Origin: Botryllus schlosseri
Taxonomy: Eukaryota
Direction: 5' to 3'
Assembly: GCA_051294905.1 (NCBI GenBank)
Contig: CM119372.1
Span: 30,692,001 to 30,756,000 of the forward strand
Length of the DNA: 64,000 nucleotides
Positions within the stretch are counted from its first letter, which is position 1. Each line of letters opens with the position of its first letter. Below, piece after piece: positions 37,769 through 51,471 of this stretch. The notes beneath the pieces are model-generated. The model was not told where the DNA came from. It ran no database searches and saw nothing but the letters and a program-made list of their open reading frames with translations. The position numbers were made by a program, and so were the translations under genes.

Positions 37769-39255
37769 ACCCCTTCTCTAAAGTATGACAACCCAACGGC
37801 CTCATTCGATATTTAAGACCAGTGCGCATAAAAATAGCCATCGACTTATTTGAATTTGACCAATAGGCTAGACTCAGTATAATGATTCGATTTATCGAAT
37901 CTGAGCCGAGTGTCAATTTTAATGATTCGTGTCGAGTAAATAGAAATGGCTTTCTCGAGTATTATGCACTACCTGCCACTTTACTATGACATTTATCAAT
38001 GAGAATTATAGTTTCGCACCCGTTGTCCACTACGGAAGTCTGTAAACGTGTATGGGTTGTTTGTGATGTTCATTTCATGGTGTTTGACGACTATAATATG
38101 GTCATTTACACAAGAACAATCTTCTTATTCAGGCTTTTATAAAACACCGCTTACACGGAAGAGATGGCGAGAAGGACACTAGCTAAACCTCTTTCGCACT
38201 GGAACCTACAACTCATTAGTTCTTCACCTGTGGATTATACCACTACGCCAGAGGTCTCAAACTCCAATGTGCTCGCGGGCCAATTCCCTACTTTTTGATG
38301 GCTGTGCGGGCCGCAGCACCAATAATAGGGGAATTCAATGTATTTCCAAGTAGGCCTTATTTGATGGGGCCTTGCAGACTGACATTCCACACACATCGTG
38401 AAAATGTGATTTGCTATTGTGAATTCACGCCAGGCGCGAAAAAATCACATTTTTAAATATGTGAATAAAATTGTGGCTGTACTTGGCATAGTTTGTCAAA
38501 ATAATTAGTTGTAGACGCTATGCGAGAGTACAAATGCATCAGGACATCGTAAAAATCTGTGACGTTATAATTTTGCAGCTAGCGGACATTTGATGTGTAA
38601 CAATTATAGGTAGAATTTAAGAATTTTTACAAAGATTGATCTGATACCAGAGCGTTGGAGAAGTACAGCCTAATCCGGGTTTCCGGCATAGGCTTACTCC
38701 TGATAACTAGGCTATATTGATCATGTCATTAGCAAAGTCCAAAAGAATCAGTGTTAGATGTACCTTCGAATATTGGAACAGATTAATAACAACTTGAACA
38801 TAATGAACACTGTGCTATAGCAATAAAATGAGCAATCGCCGAAGAATCCATTGGTATTACAGCTGTGACACGTAGGCCACGACTACTTAATAATCGTCCC
38901 ATTTAATTGGCAATAATAACACATATAAAGATACCCAAAGGTGACACAGGATGTAGCCAACTATACATCAAACGGACAACATAATGCCAATGGCGTTTGC
39001 CATACCGACTTGCTTAGATATCTAAATTAGCTACGCAGCGCAAGCTACCACCTTTTGATATTTTACTATTTCTGATACCAGTTCGATAGTTTGTAGAGTC
39101 CGTGGTTGTACCAAGTCGCGGCATTCGAGTCACAAGTCCTTCTCTGATTGTAACGTTTGACGCGATGAGTCCGAGTTCGAGTAATTCTACAAAAGTTCGC
39201 GCCATAGTCCAAATCACAATTTTCAGTCTCGAATCCTCAACGGTTCATGGTTTAC

Positions 39256-39882
39256 CATAGTGTCCTATATGGTGTCGACACAGGCAAATCTCACGCCTCA
39301 GTGAAATTGTATAACGTCACAATTTCCATTTGGCTACAGGCAATTTGACGGTCATTTTTGACCGGCTTGCCGAGCATTAAATTTGGTAAAACGGGTATCA
39401 ATCGAAAGCTGACTCTCCACTGATTACGAAAATATGAATTTTATTCCGCTCGTGGCCCTGGAACTCCCACAATCAGCCTCGAATTTTTCATTGTTATGGA
39501 GATTGACATTGGGACGCAACAATGCTGTCTGACGAAACGAGAGAGTAGCTCAGGACGTAACAATGCTGTCTGGCGAAACGAGAGAGTAGCTCAAGAGAAA
39601 AAGAGCCAGACACCATTGTTGCGTCCCAATGCCAATCTCCATAACAATGAAAAATTCGAGGCTGATTGTGGGAGTTCCAGGGACACGAGCGGAATAAAAT
39701 TTATATTTTCGTAATCAGTTCAGAGTCAGCTTTCGATTGATACCCGTTTTACCAAATTTAATGCTCGTCTAGCCGGTCAAAAATGACCGTCAAATTGCCT
39801 GTAGCCAAATGGAAATTGTGACGTGATACAATTTCAGTGAGGCGTGAGATTTGCCTGTGTCGACACCATATAGGACACTATG
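39256..39882. mobile_element. Foldback MITE with CATAG termini (P-superfamily-like)
   Basis: ~275-bp near-perfect inverted arms; termini CATAGTGTCC...GGACACTATG; 7-bp TSD GGTTTAC/GTTTTAC (1 mismatch); central ~41-bp tandem duplication. Confidence 0.85.
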
Positions 39883-40096
39883 GTTTTACCATCATAAACA
39901 AGTCGCGTCACATAATAGTTGATCTTCCACTGCGTGGTAACTTTTTAAATTGATGTATTAGTGGAGTTTGATGAGTAGTTTCGGGCTTTTGGAGTGGTTT
40001 TAGAGCGATTTTCAAGTTCTAGGATTTAAAAAATGGTAAATAAATATTGTCAAATACTTAGAAATGCCAAATGCTGTCGCGGGCCACACTAAATAC

Positions 40097-40685
40097 CAAG
40101 TCACAAGGCTCCGAGTCACAAGTCAATTTCACTTTCATTGTTTTGACTCGAGTCAAGTCGAGTCATTTTCAATTCACCACCGAGTCAAGTCCGAGTCCAA
40201 GTCATCGAGCAAAGGGTCAAGTCCGAGTCATGGTATCATGACTCGAGTCCGAGTCCAAGTCATTACGTTGACTGCTCAGTTTCCAGTTGTTGTCCAGTTC
40301 CAGTCTTGTTAAACTCACTTTATATAGCTATGTTTGGTGATATCGAATGTTTCGCACTTATAATTTTACTAATTTTCCTCCAGTTTCTGGTCGCATTTTC
40401 ATGTACCAGTACCAATCAGACGAAATCCCAGTAGGATGGTTACTTCACAATTCTCCGAAATTACAATGAAATGACGGTCTTGGCCGTCTGAGTCTCGAGT
40501 CAATGACTTGGTACGAGTCATGTGCAATGACTCGAGTCCAAGTCGAGTCAATACACAGATTGAAACGAGTCCAGTCGAGTCATTTCCATATTTTGAAAAA
40601 ATGACTCGAGTCAAGTCGAGTCATCAGAAAATCGTGACTCGAGTCGGACTCGAGTCGAGTCATGACTCGAGTCATTACACCCCTG
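40097..40685. mobile_element. hAT-type MITE with GACTCGAGTC repeats (nested, left end eroded)
   Basis: Right terminus ATTACACCCCTG; TSD CTAAATAC/CTAAATAG; many (GACTC)GAGTC motifs. Confidence 0.8.
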
Positions 40686-43221
40686 CTAAATAGTCTCGCG
40701 GAACGCGTATTTGAGACCTCTGCACTACGCCATCTCGCCACCACCCTTATGATGGGTCGTATCTGCCAACAGTGACGCGTTACGATCGCTGTGGGATAAT
40801 TCATGTGCTCACAAGAAAATATCACGGTAGCCTACACAAGATCATTCAAGTTTAATTACACAAACGATAGCATGAAATACGCTGCGATATTCCGCATAAT
40901 TCCAGTGTACGTTCGGTAATCTTCTCAAGCATTTCGAGTATCCCATTACTCCATTATATTGCTTGATTAACGCATGCTCCATGCACATCAAATCTTATGC
41001 ATCAATTTTCTCCGCAAAATTGCTTTCTGAAAATGGCTTCGATTATAAATTGGCATTGAATCACAGCTTGCAGCTCCCATTTCATCAGAAGTTAAGTGGC
41101 GTCAAATTATTTTGATGACGTAATTGATATACGGGGGACTGCTGAATGCTACTCCCACTTCCATCGATTACTCTTTATGCGATGCCAGTTGTGGTAGTGT
41201 CATACAGCTACTGTAACAGCTTGATAGTCCAGCGATATCGCACAGATGTGATCAATAATTATCCATTACCGTTGGCCTGTGATTATTTTCTTTCACTGAA
41301 GATTTGTAAGGCTTGAGCTCGTGGATACCATGAGTATTTTATCGAGTGTCGTATCATTGGCGGGTGATACATCGTCGGTAAGCGCGCTATTTGTACGCGC
41401 ACCACCAATGTTAAGAACATAACATTGTTGGTTTGCTACAATGCGGGATGTAGTTAATCTTTACATACAGTAGGCAAAAGTAAAATATTCAAATATTCTG
41501 AACTTACTAATCTCGACAACAGCATCTAGTTACTGGAACACTTACTCATCCCGCGGACCTATTGTTCTGTGTGCCTCTGTTGCCTTACAGCTTCCTGAAT
41601 AACAAGATATAGTTGTAGTATCACCATAGGTTTCATTTTGTAAAATCTTCGACGATTAACAAAATTTATTCAAAAACTAGAAAGGGATGAAAGTTGGTTT
41701 GCCGGTTTTTAGGACGAGATAGGATTTGAATCTTTGACCGGCGATCTGTTCATAGATTTGGTGATGTAACTTTTGGTATAACTTTAGAACACAGGATTCC
41801 AACAGGATGAATGCCGAATTCGTGTCTTATATCGTAACCCTGCGATGTTATCTGCCGTCCACGACACTATGTTCTTGTCATTATTACGTCACAACAACTA
41901 ATTTCTTTATATATTTCTAATTTGATCATCCGCATTTACTGACCTTCGCTCCTGCTGAGATTTAGTCGGAAAGCCTCAAGGGAATAAATATGGCAATATG
42001 AAGGTGTGGTTTGCTGCGAGAATGCTAACAGCATCATCAAAATGTGACCTTTAATTCCACTTCAGCAAATGGCGTACTGTGGCACTGTGCCTACTGCCTT
42101 ATTCACATTTTTTTAAGACGACGTCAAATAATTTTCTTTTTTTCTCGGGCATTTTATTAATTAGGTAATTTTATCTAGCAACTCATAATTTGATGAAATG
42201 TTCCGTAATTAGGATGTTCGGTTTTCAGTAATGTTTCAAGCAGCAGCAGAGGATTCATTATATGAAAAAGTGATTTACATATTGCGTAACCTCCGACGCT
42301 GGAACGGAAATATTTATAAGGTGCTTCATTATTGAAAGCAAAGTATATGCCCAAATTATATGCCCATTATTAGATATATGTCATTTTACTTCGCGTTCCG
42401 CCGATTTGTCGCGATATACCGATGCTCCGGGAACAAGAAGCCGTCATATAATACGTCGTGGATTTTGGTAATTGCCAATTTGCTCATTGACTGTCGCAGA
42501 GCTCCGTATGTCATTGGATATTGTATTATCGTGCAACCGCAATTTGTAACTTGAGTATAGTCTGCTTTTTTGTAATCTGATTTGTGTTATTGTCAAACCT
42601 GCTTTTATGACCTGAATGTTCCTACTATTTTGTCACTGTTTACGACCTCATTTCTTCGTTTAGTTCACAATGTCATTGACCGTGGTGCAAAACGCAGTCA
42701 GGCGATTAACGCCAAATCTTTTTGTGCAATAAACAGCAACTTCATGCATCAAAAGATGTCCAATGTCTGACCTGTGTAGTACTGAAGTGGCTGACATTTT
42801 TAATGGACATCTCGCCTCTTTTGATGCCCAATATCTCTGGCTATACCAATCACAGAATCATCTACCTCTAATAGAATCAAGGTACATAGATGCAATCCAA
42901 ACCTGTGACTATTCACTCTTCTTCTATAATTCGTTTATCGACTTTTGGTGCTCAAAAACATACCTAAATTAGTAAATATGCTTGGATGGATATTCTGGAT
43001 GGGTGCGCGTAGGCTACATTTCATAAATTACACCAATTTTCGAGAACTCTACTTGACATATTTCTCGGTACACCGGTTGTGAATAATTGAATGACTATGT
43101 ATCTTACGCAACTGCAGCAAGGGTAACTTAAGGCCTTGGTCTTATTACAAATTCTTCTTTTACCGAGATTCTGTAATTTACGTACTTTATTTATTACATA
43201 GGAAAAACAATTTGACTAAAC

Positions 43222-44100
43222 CAGAGGTCTCAAACACGCGGCCCGCGGGCATTTTGGATTTCGAATAATCGACAATATTTAACAGCCAGTATCTTATTTT
43301 TATTTGAGAACTGGAAATTCGCTCTAAAACTATTCCAGAAGCCTGAACCTACTCATCACTCTTCACTATTACATCACTTTCAAAAGTTACCACGCAGTAG
43401 ATGATCAACTCTTACGTCACATCCTTGTTGTTATCTCCAATTAAATGTGGCGAGTATAAAGTAGTCATAGCATACGCTTCACAGCTGTAATACCCATGGA
43501 TTCTTCGACGATTGGACATTTCTATTGCTACGGCGCAGTAATCATTATATTTAAGTTGTGATAGATCTGTTCCAATACTCGAAGGTAAATCGAACGCCGA
43601 TTTAATTTGACTTTGGTAATGACACGATCAATAGTCTAGTTAGTTATCACCAGCATGACCGAAACCCGGATTAGGCAGTACTCCACCAATGATCTGATAT
43701 CAGATCGATATTTTTAAAATTCTAAAATATTCTGCCTATAATTGTGGCACTATGCCAAATGTCCGCTAGCTGCAAAGTTTTAACGCGACAGCTTTTGCGA
43801 TGTCCCGATGCATTTGTACTCTCGAATGGTGTCTACAACTAAATATACAACTACTATGCGATAAGTACAGCAACAATTTAATTGAAATATTTCAAAATGT
43901 GATTTTTTTTCGTGCCAGGCGAGAATTCATAATGGCGAATCACATTTTAACGATGCGTGTAGAATGTCAGTCTGCAAGGTCCCATCAAATAAGGCCTACT
44001 TGGAAATACATTGAATCTCCATTTTATTGGTGCTGCGGCCCGCGGCGCAATCAACAAGTAACATATTGGCTCGCGAGCACATCTGAGTTTAAGACCTCTG
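43222..44100. mobile_element. hAT-type MITE (CAGAGGTCT family) immediately upstream of the GPCR
   Basis: TIR CAGAGGTCTCAAAC...GTTTAAGACCTCTG; exact TSD GACTAAAC (43214-43221, 44101-44108). Confidence 0.92.
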
Positions 44101-44272
44101 GACTAAACATTGAAGTTTCGAGCAGTTCCTCAAATTTAGATTTGATCACCATGATATCTTTCACCAAATTTGGATCTTGTGAATATGAATATTTTGAATT
44201 TTCTTTAGATTGGAATTGTATTTGCAAAGCAAACAAGATCAAGATATCGATGTTCGTCGCGTAATCGCTGGC

Positions 44273-45457
44273 ATGGATCATTTCGATTCGAATGTTTCAA
44301 AGGAACGTGCTTTGCATAAATTTATGAATCTGTCCGAGTATGATTTCCAAATTAACCTCACTACGGTGCAGGAGTCAACTATCTGGGTAGCGTTCACTTT
44401 TATGGCTATTTTTGGATGTATTGCTAACGCATTTATGATCATGATATTACTGCGCATGAAGTCGACCTTCTTCACCGTAATCTTGGTCGGACTTTGCTTT
44501 TCCGATCTCATTGCAGCCGTCAACAGCCCGATATATATCTACGGACACTTGTACACGTACGACTATAAAATATCGTGGATTTTTTGTTACGTCTATTTCG
44601 TAGTAGAAGTTGCCACATCCTTAGTTACTGCTCATCACGTTTTTCTGTTGAGCCTCATTCGATTACGGAGCATTACAAAAATCGGCGGAGCTACTAAGGA
44701 AATAAGTACAAACAAATGTCGGGTTTACGTTGTTTCGTCATATGCTATTACTTTCTTAGTATATGGATTAATCGCCCCTATGGTAACTGACTATCGAAAA
44801 AGCGGTGACACCTGTTATTGCGGCGTTGTGAAAAACAGAGGCAGCTTACTTGTAATTGTATCAATCGGGGCTCAAGTAATCGGCCTGGTTATTCCGTCAA
44901 TTCTAATCCTAATATTTTGTTGCATGCTCATTGTGTTCCTATTGAATCGTCGAACGCAGACAATTTCTTCCTCGCCGGCCTCGCGGGAAAAGGAGAAACA
45001 ATCACTGATTCAATTGATGGCAATCGTCACCACTTATCTGACAGGGTACTTGGTTGATTTCGCGGTGAAATTCTACCTGATTTCACATGAATTCATGGTA
45101 CCCCGAAATGTGTTACTAGTACTTATCCTAACAGCTCATGGCATTTTACGGGTTTGTGAGTGTCTCAATCCTTTTCTCTACTATATTGCATCGAGTGATA
45201 TTAAAGACGAATGCCGGCGTATGATTGCAAACATTCGCGACGGATTCGATTGCTTTCTGGCAGCTAATCAATCAGACGGCGAATCTACTGCCAGACGTGA
45301 AAGTCAGGTGACGGGAGCTGAGCAGGCTTCACCTGGTCAACGTAAACAAGCTGGCACGGTTGACGATGAAAATGTCGTTGTAGCCACAGTGGAAGAAACC
45401 TCGTTTGATGTGGGTACGAAGATAGGCTCCGACTCCAAACTGGCCATTGCGGACTGA
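44273..45457 (+). CDS. Orphan class A (rhodopsin-like) GPCR, single coding exon
   Basis: First ATG at 44273 (frame open from 44210); N-terminal sequons NVS, NLS, NLT; seven hydrophobic helices; TM1 GCIAN, TM2 LCFSDL, TM3 and ECL2 Cys, TM7 CLNPFLYY. Confidence 0.92.
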   Translation: MDHFDSNVSKERALHKFMNLSEYDFQINLTTVQESTIWVAFTFMAIFGCIANAFMIMILLRMKSTFFTVILVGLCFSDLIAAVNSPIYIYGHLYTYDYKISWIFCYVYFVVEVATSLVTAHHVFLLSLIRLRSITKIGGATKEISTNKCRVYVVSSYAITFLVYGLIAPMVTDYRKSGDTCYCGVVKNRGSLLVIVSIGAQVIGLVIPSILILIFCCMLIVFLLNRRTQTISSSPASREKEKQSLIQLMAIVTTYLTGYLVDFAVKFYLISHEFMVPRNVLLVLILTAHGILRVCECLNPFLYYIASSDIKDECRRMIANIRDGFDCFLAANQSDGESTARRESQVTGAEQASPGQRKQAGTVDDENVVVATVEETSFDVGTKIGSDSKLAIAD

Positions 45458-47070
45458 ACGAACATCTACAGAGCATCGGATGCTACGACGATTGATTATT
45501 TCAACTGTGACCACAGCCTGAATCTGTAAAACATATCCTGCTAAAATGTCCCGGACACTCAACTATGACAGACAATAAATATATCATTCAGCTGCCAGGA
45601 ATCATGGCATTAATATTTCGTTAGTGAACCTGCTCACTCGGCCTTTTACTGGAACGCCTATTATAGAAATTGCACTCACGTCACATCTAATAACTTGAAA
45701 AAGTCCGCTTTTAATCAAACTTTCGAACTGGTGCACCAAGGCCACAATAGCCGTGCACCAATAAAAACCCATAGCAACCAACCAATTTATAACCTTTTAT
45801 TACCGCCTTGATCCGGAAGCAGAATGACAGTGTTGTAGAGAAAATTTGACAGTATTATTCCCGTTTTACTACACTTGGTTGCTGCTGTATATAGTCCTGC
45901 AAGCATTCATTATAATATAGAGGTGGACTTTTGCCGTCTCTCGATTCATTTAAGGTTGGAAGATAGTAGCAACGTTTTTGTGACAGTTAGATAGGATCAA
46001 TAACCGAACGGGTGTACGTGGCTCTTTTTCCTAACGGTACGTAATATTGCCGGTTATTTTGCTCCTATTGAATGCGCAGATTGCGCAATGCGCATACTGT
46101 GCAGTCGGAATATCCATCAGCAAGCGTTTCAAGTGACATTGCCTAATTCAGTACAACATGATGAAAGATCGCTTTCCCGTTTCCGTCGTTCCAGTTGATG
46201 ATGCTGCATGCTGCATAAATCTCACTGGCGTGGGTTGCAAATATAGAAACCCAAATCGGTGATTCATTCAATAGGCTACTCGTTTTTTCATATCCAATCT
46301 GCATTCTGCACAGGCCTATCAGGCTAGTTGATCGCTCTCTCTGGCAAAATTGTAACTTCATATGCTAGCTCACACTACCACGTTTTGTTTAGAAGCAGTA
46401 TATTTTTACATATGTAGATATGATGGGGACACCTGGATCCACAATTCAGTGAGATATACATCTAGAAATTTGTCACGGCAGACTTAATCATGTCACCGGT
46501 TAATCAGTGAATCTTGTAGCTCGTCGTTTACTTGTTTTACTTTACTCGGTAGCTTGAAGTGGCGGTAATAACATGCATGAAGGAAACCAAGATGCAACTA
46601 ACTATGGGGGCAACCTTCTTGCTATTTACAGCCACATTTCGAATACTTATGAGCCTGCGGCCGCATTCCAGTGCATAAGCTGTAATGAACTAACTGGGCG
46701 CGAAATACCCATGTTAGACTGTCCAATGTCCATGTCTATTCCCAATGAATTAAGGACTAATCCACTTTCTCGTCTCGGCTTACTATATACGCACCGAAAT
46801 AGCGAGTGGCCATGTTTGGAATAATTGCTGGTGTACGTCACGGTCGCGCCAGCGGCGAAAAAGTTGTCAGATTCACAAATGAATTTCGTCATTAGTATTT
46901 GTAGATTCACATATTACCATCAAATATTTATCCTTTATCAGCCCATGTGATCATATTCACTGGTGGAGTTGATGGAGGTAGTGTCTTCGGAAATTTAGGG
47001 CAAGTTACGCATCCATCAGGATTGTCGGTAGGCAGCGTAGGCTTTAGTGGAAATATATTGGAATCGCCTC

Positions 47071-47829
47071 CAGTGGTTCTTGACCGGGAGTCCGCGAAGC
47101 CTTTTCAGGGGGTCTGCGAAACCTCCAAATTTGCAAAATGGTTGATAACCTAATTTGTATTTCTTTAAATTATGGAAATAAAGAGGCAGTTTCGCTTCAT
47201 CGCTGCCAAAACTTTGAGACTCACATCGACAGATTAGGCGTTTTGCTGGGGTGTGTAGAAGAATAAAAACTTCGGAGCAGTGCATGTCAATCAGGGTGAT
47301 TTCGAAACGTTTGCAAATACCTCTTTTCCCCTGTGATATATACATCACCAGTATTACGGAATACCTTAAAAATTAGCTGCTTGATAGAAATAACTAGGCT
47401 GGACGTTATATGTTCATTAAAAATATGTTTCTCAATTTTTGTGCCATGTATGTTGCGATTACACCCAAATGTCTCGTCGGAAGCATTACGTGTTATTAGA
47501 GTCACCGTCATCTATATTTGCGGAAATGGATTCTCGGCACTCGTTCATATCAAATCGCAGGCGCGTATTTTCGAGATACGATCACGTTTTTCAAGAAATG
47601 CTGCTACAGAAATCGCTTTCAAATAAAAGTCTATCAAAATTATGCATAAATAGTATGATGTTATTTTCAAGAAAATACATTTTGCTGCCGTTTATCACTA
47701 GCCTACAGTTACTAGTTGCAGAAGACAGATGGCGGTTGCACGTTAATTGAGCTAAATTTGAACTAAAACGTTGGGGGTCCGTGATGGTTCAAAAGGGGTC
47801 CGCGAAGGCAAAAGGGTTGAGAACCCCTG
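47071..47829. mobile_element. hAT-type MITE with GGGGTCCGCGA repeats
   Basis: TIR-like CAGTGGTTCTTGACC...GGTTGAGAACCCCTG; no matching TSD seen. Confidence 0.65.
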
Positions 47830-48684
47830 TCCTAGACGTACCAGAAACAAATTTCTTACGTGAGAAGCACACGATTACAAGTTGGTATTTCTATATGTGG
47901 ATTAGCAGCATTTCCCCCTGCTGTTCGCATCTGTGCTGTGGGGCGCAGATCGCAAAGGGCGCTACCACATAAGAACGAAAAATGAAGTATGGCATTGAAT
48001 CGCGCATAGCGCGAAGAAAATTTCAAGTTTAATTAAAATCTCTCAAAAATTCAGGAGTCAAATCGCAAATTCAATTAGCCTGTCGACGGCCGCCAACACA
48101 TACTAATTGAATTACGTGTCACGGTCGCACAAATTTCCTTCTTCGTCGACAGGTTGCCCACACCTGGAATAGACAATGTGTCAGATTTTAGATGTCGCCA
48201 CCCATTTCCAAAATCTTCGCAACCAGTGTTTTGGCTGCGACCCAGCAGCGTTTAAGAATCACTACGCTACAGGAATGAAAAGAAATGAAATGGATCAATG
48301 GAAACGATATTCTTTCACAGGGTGTTGAAGTAATGTGTGAAGTAAATAATGTGTGAAGTATAAACTGGACAATGTTCAAGCAAACATTACACCTTGAAGT
48401 AAATGCCACAGATTGGTGATTAAATAATCATTTTCCTCATTCAGCTTTATAACGTGAAACTTTTGTAAAAACGACCACCTATTCAACTAGGATACGTGGT
48501 TGCGACAGAAAGGGTAAATTGTAAAAAACTACAGTCAAACTACATTATAAAGCGGGACATCCTACCGTTGTGACAACCCCCAAACAAGAGCGCTGAATCA
48601 CAAAATAGAAGTCACATAAGTGGATCTTCTTATGGTTGAAAATCATTGGTCAAGTGGTGTTCAGTTCACTTTATTATTAAATTT

Positions 48685-48777
48685 TTATCTAATCAATACA
48701 CCACGAGGTTGCGATACAATGCAAAGATAGGAAGGTGCCGAAACGATTTGGATTAGTCTTTAAATTAGACACCCACC
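48685..48777 (-). mobile_element. LINE 3' UTR fragment
   Basis: Reverse complement (with mismatches) of ~5010-5095 (GTGGGTGTCT...TCGTTTCG.CACCTTCCTATCTTT.CATTGTATCGCA). Confidence 0.75.
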
Positions 48778-48932
48778 TTGTCCTCTAGGCGACGTAAAGA
48801 GGAGGCATGTTATTTAATTGTTAAACTTTCCGTAGATCTGTTAGCGTAAGGTGCAAATTGTCGAATTGTTATATTTTAATCAAAGCAAGTTCTTGGATAA
48901 CGTAAGTAGTAGTAAAGATCGGTCGCGAACGG

Positions 48933-49240
48933 CTATGGGGTTCTTATGGGCCCGCTGGTGAGGTGCCGCGAAACTCGTGTTGGTGATGGCACCCTTTTGA
49001 CCCCCCCTTCCGCTGGTGAGGTGCCATATGTTCTTATGGGATCTCTGGTGATGGTACCCTTTCGGGTATAGGCTGCGTCGGTGATGTGCCGTGAAAACTC
49101 GTATTGGTGATGGTACCCTTTCAGACCCCTATCGCTGATGACCTGCCGTCTCGTCGGTGATACCACTCTTCCAGGTGTACGTTGTGCCGATGACCTACCT
49201 GATAACGTTTCGGGTATAGGGATCTCTGGTGAAGATGTGT
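48933..49240. repeat. Degenerate short tandem repeats (GGTGATGGTACCCTT; GGGATCTCTGGTGA)
   Basis: Motifs recur 2-4 times; minus-strand translation gives RV.SPTR-type repeats. Confidence 0.6.
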
Positions 49241-49785
49241 TGAATATCAAGTATAGTAAACAGTGACGCCATTACTTAGTATTATATTCAAAAATATTAT
49301 ATATGACCAATTTGAAGTAATCCCAACGTTTACGGTGAATGCGACAATGATATATCGTTATTCTTAAGGATGCGGTGACACGGTGACGTAGCTGATATAG
49401 ACGCAACATGATAACGTTACAGGTATAGGGATCGCTCACAGGATTCTACTTAAAGACGTCATAGTTGAGTCGCGACAAATGACCGATCGTGTTCTAAGTC
49501 TTTCCTCGCTGGCTATTGATTCCTACGTAACCTGAATAATACTTTCAGATCGGATTATTCGCACCTTCCGTACCGCTGTTTCGCACCTACAGAATAGTCT
49601 GCTGTTCACAGTCGCAACAAGAATCACAAGTATACACATTTATACATTCATTCATTACTGTCAAATCAAACTCTTCACAAAAGCACGCACAATCGTATCA
49701 TTCACTTTTTTACCATCACCCAAAATAATTCAAGTATTCCTTGGCTGAAAATCCTTGAGTCCTTATTATCAAAAATGGTATGGTG

Positions 49786-51240
49786 CGGTGTCGGAATCCA
49801 TTCGCAGGATGTACTAAAGGTAAATTCAGATAATCTACCCGCGATCGCTCGCAAGATAATACCTAAGACATAACCATCGCTCGCGACTCGCTGTTACATA
49901 CATGCCGATCGTTAACAATGTAATATTTTGGTAATTAGTTTACCATAGAGCCGGCGTAGACGGTGATTCGAATACCGACAAATTTTCACTTATTTCTGGC
50001 CCAACCCTAATCCTCTATGAAGTTGACGCTTATTCAAGAAGGTGTGAAATAATTGTAAAATCCTACGTCGGTGACGCGATAATGCATCAGACATAGCGAT
50101 CTAGTTATAGTACGGTGTCGGAATCCATTCGCGAGATGTTCTATAGGTAAATTGAGATAATCCGAAACCGAATATTTGGACTTTGACATAGTCTGAATTG
50201 AAATAAATTGACAAACAGGACTACCATCTTTCCAAGTACCATTTCGATATTATACAGACATTGATTTGAAACAAGTAATGAAACATTACAACTTTATTCA
50301 CGGTCTGGCTTTCCGTTTGTCAAAGAGACATTTTAACATCTTACCATACTCAAAAGAACTATTCATAATATTAACCGGTGTTAAAAATATAGTTTTCACT
50401 TACTTGATTATATCACTACAACTCGCAAACTTGAATTAATTCATCCTGGTTGTATTCGTATGATCGGTCTTTTTTTATTCAATTTTAAAGGTTGTTACTA
50501 TTCTGAAGACAAAGTATTTACTAATCGGTGCATATACGATTTGACTTGGACATATTATATTTTGAGTATACGAGATTTGAATGTCTGAACAATAACTGAG
50601 AATTAAATGATCGCAAGTGAATCCGTATATTACAGCGTAAAAGATATTGGAATGTCAGCAACTCTGTAAGGTCATAGTTACTACTACCACATTACCTAAT
50701 TTACCCGACCAACTCGTCATGATCATTCCTGAAATCAACACAAACATGACCAGTGACCACTGACCTGAGTTAACCACAAAACAGCATCAAGTTTTAAATC
50801 CACTTGTAGCTTACGACTTATTTGAATGCGGGTTATGTTTTGTTGTAATTGAGTGTACGGAAATAGTGTTACGTCTCGACATCTCACCATCTTACCATAT
50901 TCAAAGAGTCAACCACGAAAACATTGTCAAGTAAATCCGTTTGTAACTTACCCGACCAACTCAAGCAGTCAGCCAAGCATACACGAGTCCATACAATCAC
51001 TACAACCTAAAATCCATAACAAGTTCGGTTGTACTCATATCCCTACGATGCATCATTTTTATTCAACTTTAAAAGTCGTTACTATTCTGTAAGATAGAGG
51101 AATTACTACGCGGTATATTTTGCAAGACAAAGTAATTATTACTCGATATATTTTGTAAGACAAAAGTAATTACTACCCGGTGCAGGTGACTTGAGATTAA
51201 CATAATATGTTTGAGTATACGAGATTTGAAAGTCTGATCA
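49786..51240. repeat. Diverged local direct repeats
   Basis: ~50-bp pair at 49786-49835 and 50113-50162 (CGGTGTCGGAATCCATTCGC...AGATAATC); longer pair at ~50338-50588 and ~50888-51238 (CATCTTACCATA...TTTGAGTATACGAGATTTGAA). Confidence 0.8.
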
Positions 51241-51471
51241 ACGTATAGTTGCGACTTCATTTCTTACAATCGAACGCTGGTGTTATACCGAAAGTTACCA
51301 TTCTGTAAACCTAAGGATTGATACATAGATGCGTCATATGTAATAGTTGATCATGACTTGATTATTAAATTATTCGTGTTAATTAGACCCGGCGTTGTGG
51401 TAAAGGTTATGACAACAACAATCTTTTCAGTACCGTTGTTATTAACATATCGAGTTGTAAAACTATGCGTG

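Larger units (their letters stand above)
38249..40722. mobile_element. hAT-type element (CAGAGGTCTCAAA family) carrying nested insertions
   Basis: TIR CAGAGGTCTCAAA...TTTGAGACCTCTG; exact TSD CACTACGC (38241-38248, 40723-40730); inverted relative of 43222-44100. Confidence 0.92.

Noticed and set aside
43800..44264. 154-aa ORF upstream of the GPCR
   Set aside because: Lies mostly within a non-coding hAT MITE; no recognisable domain.
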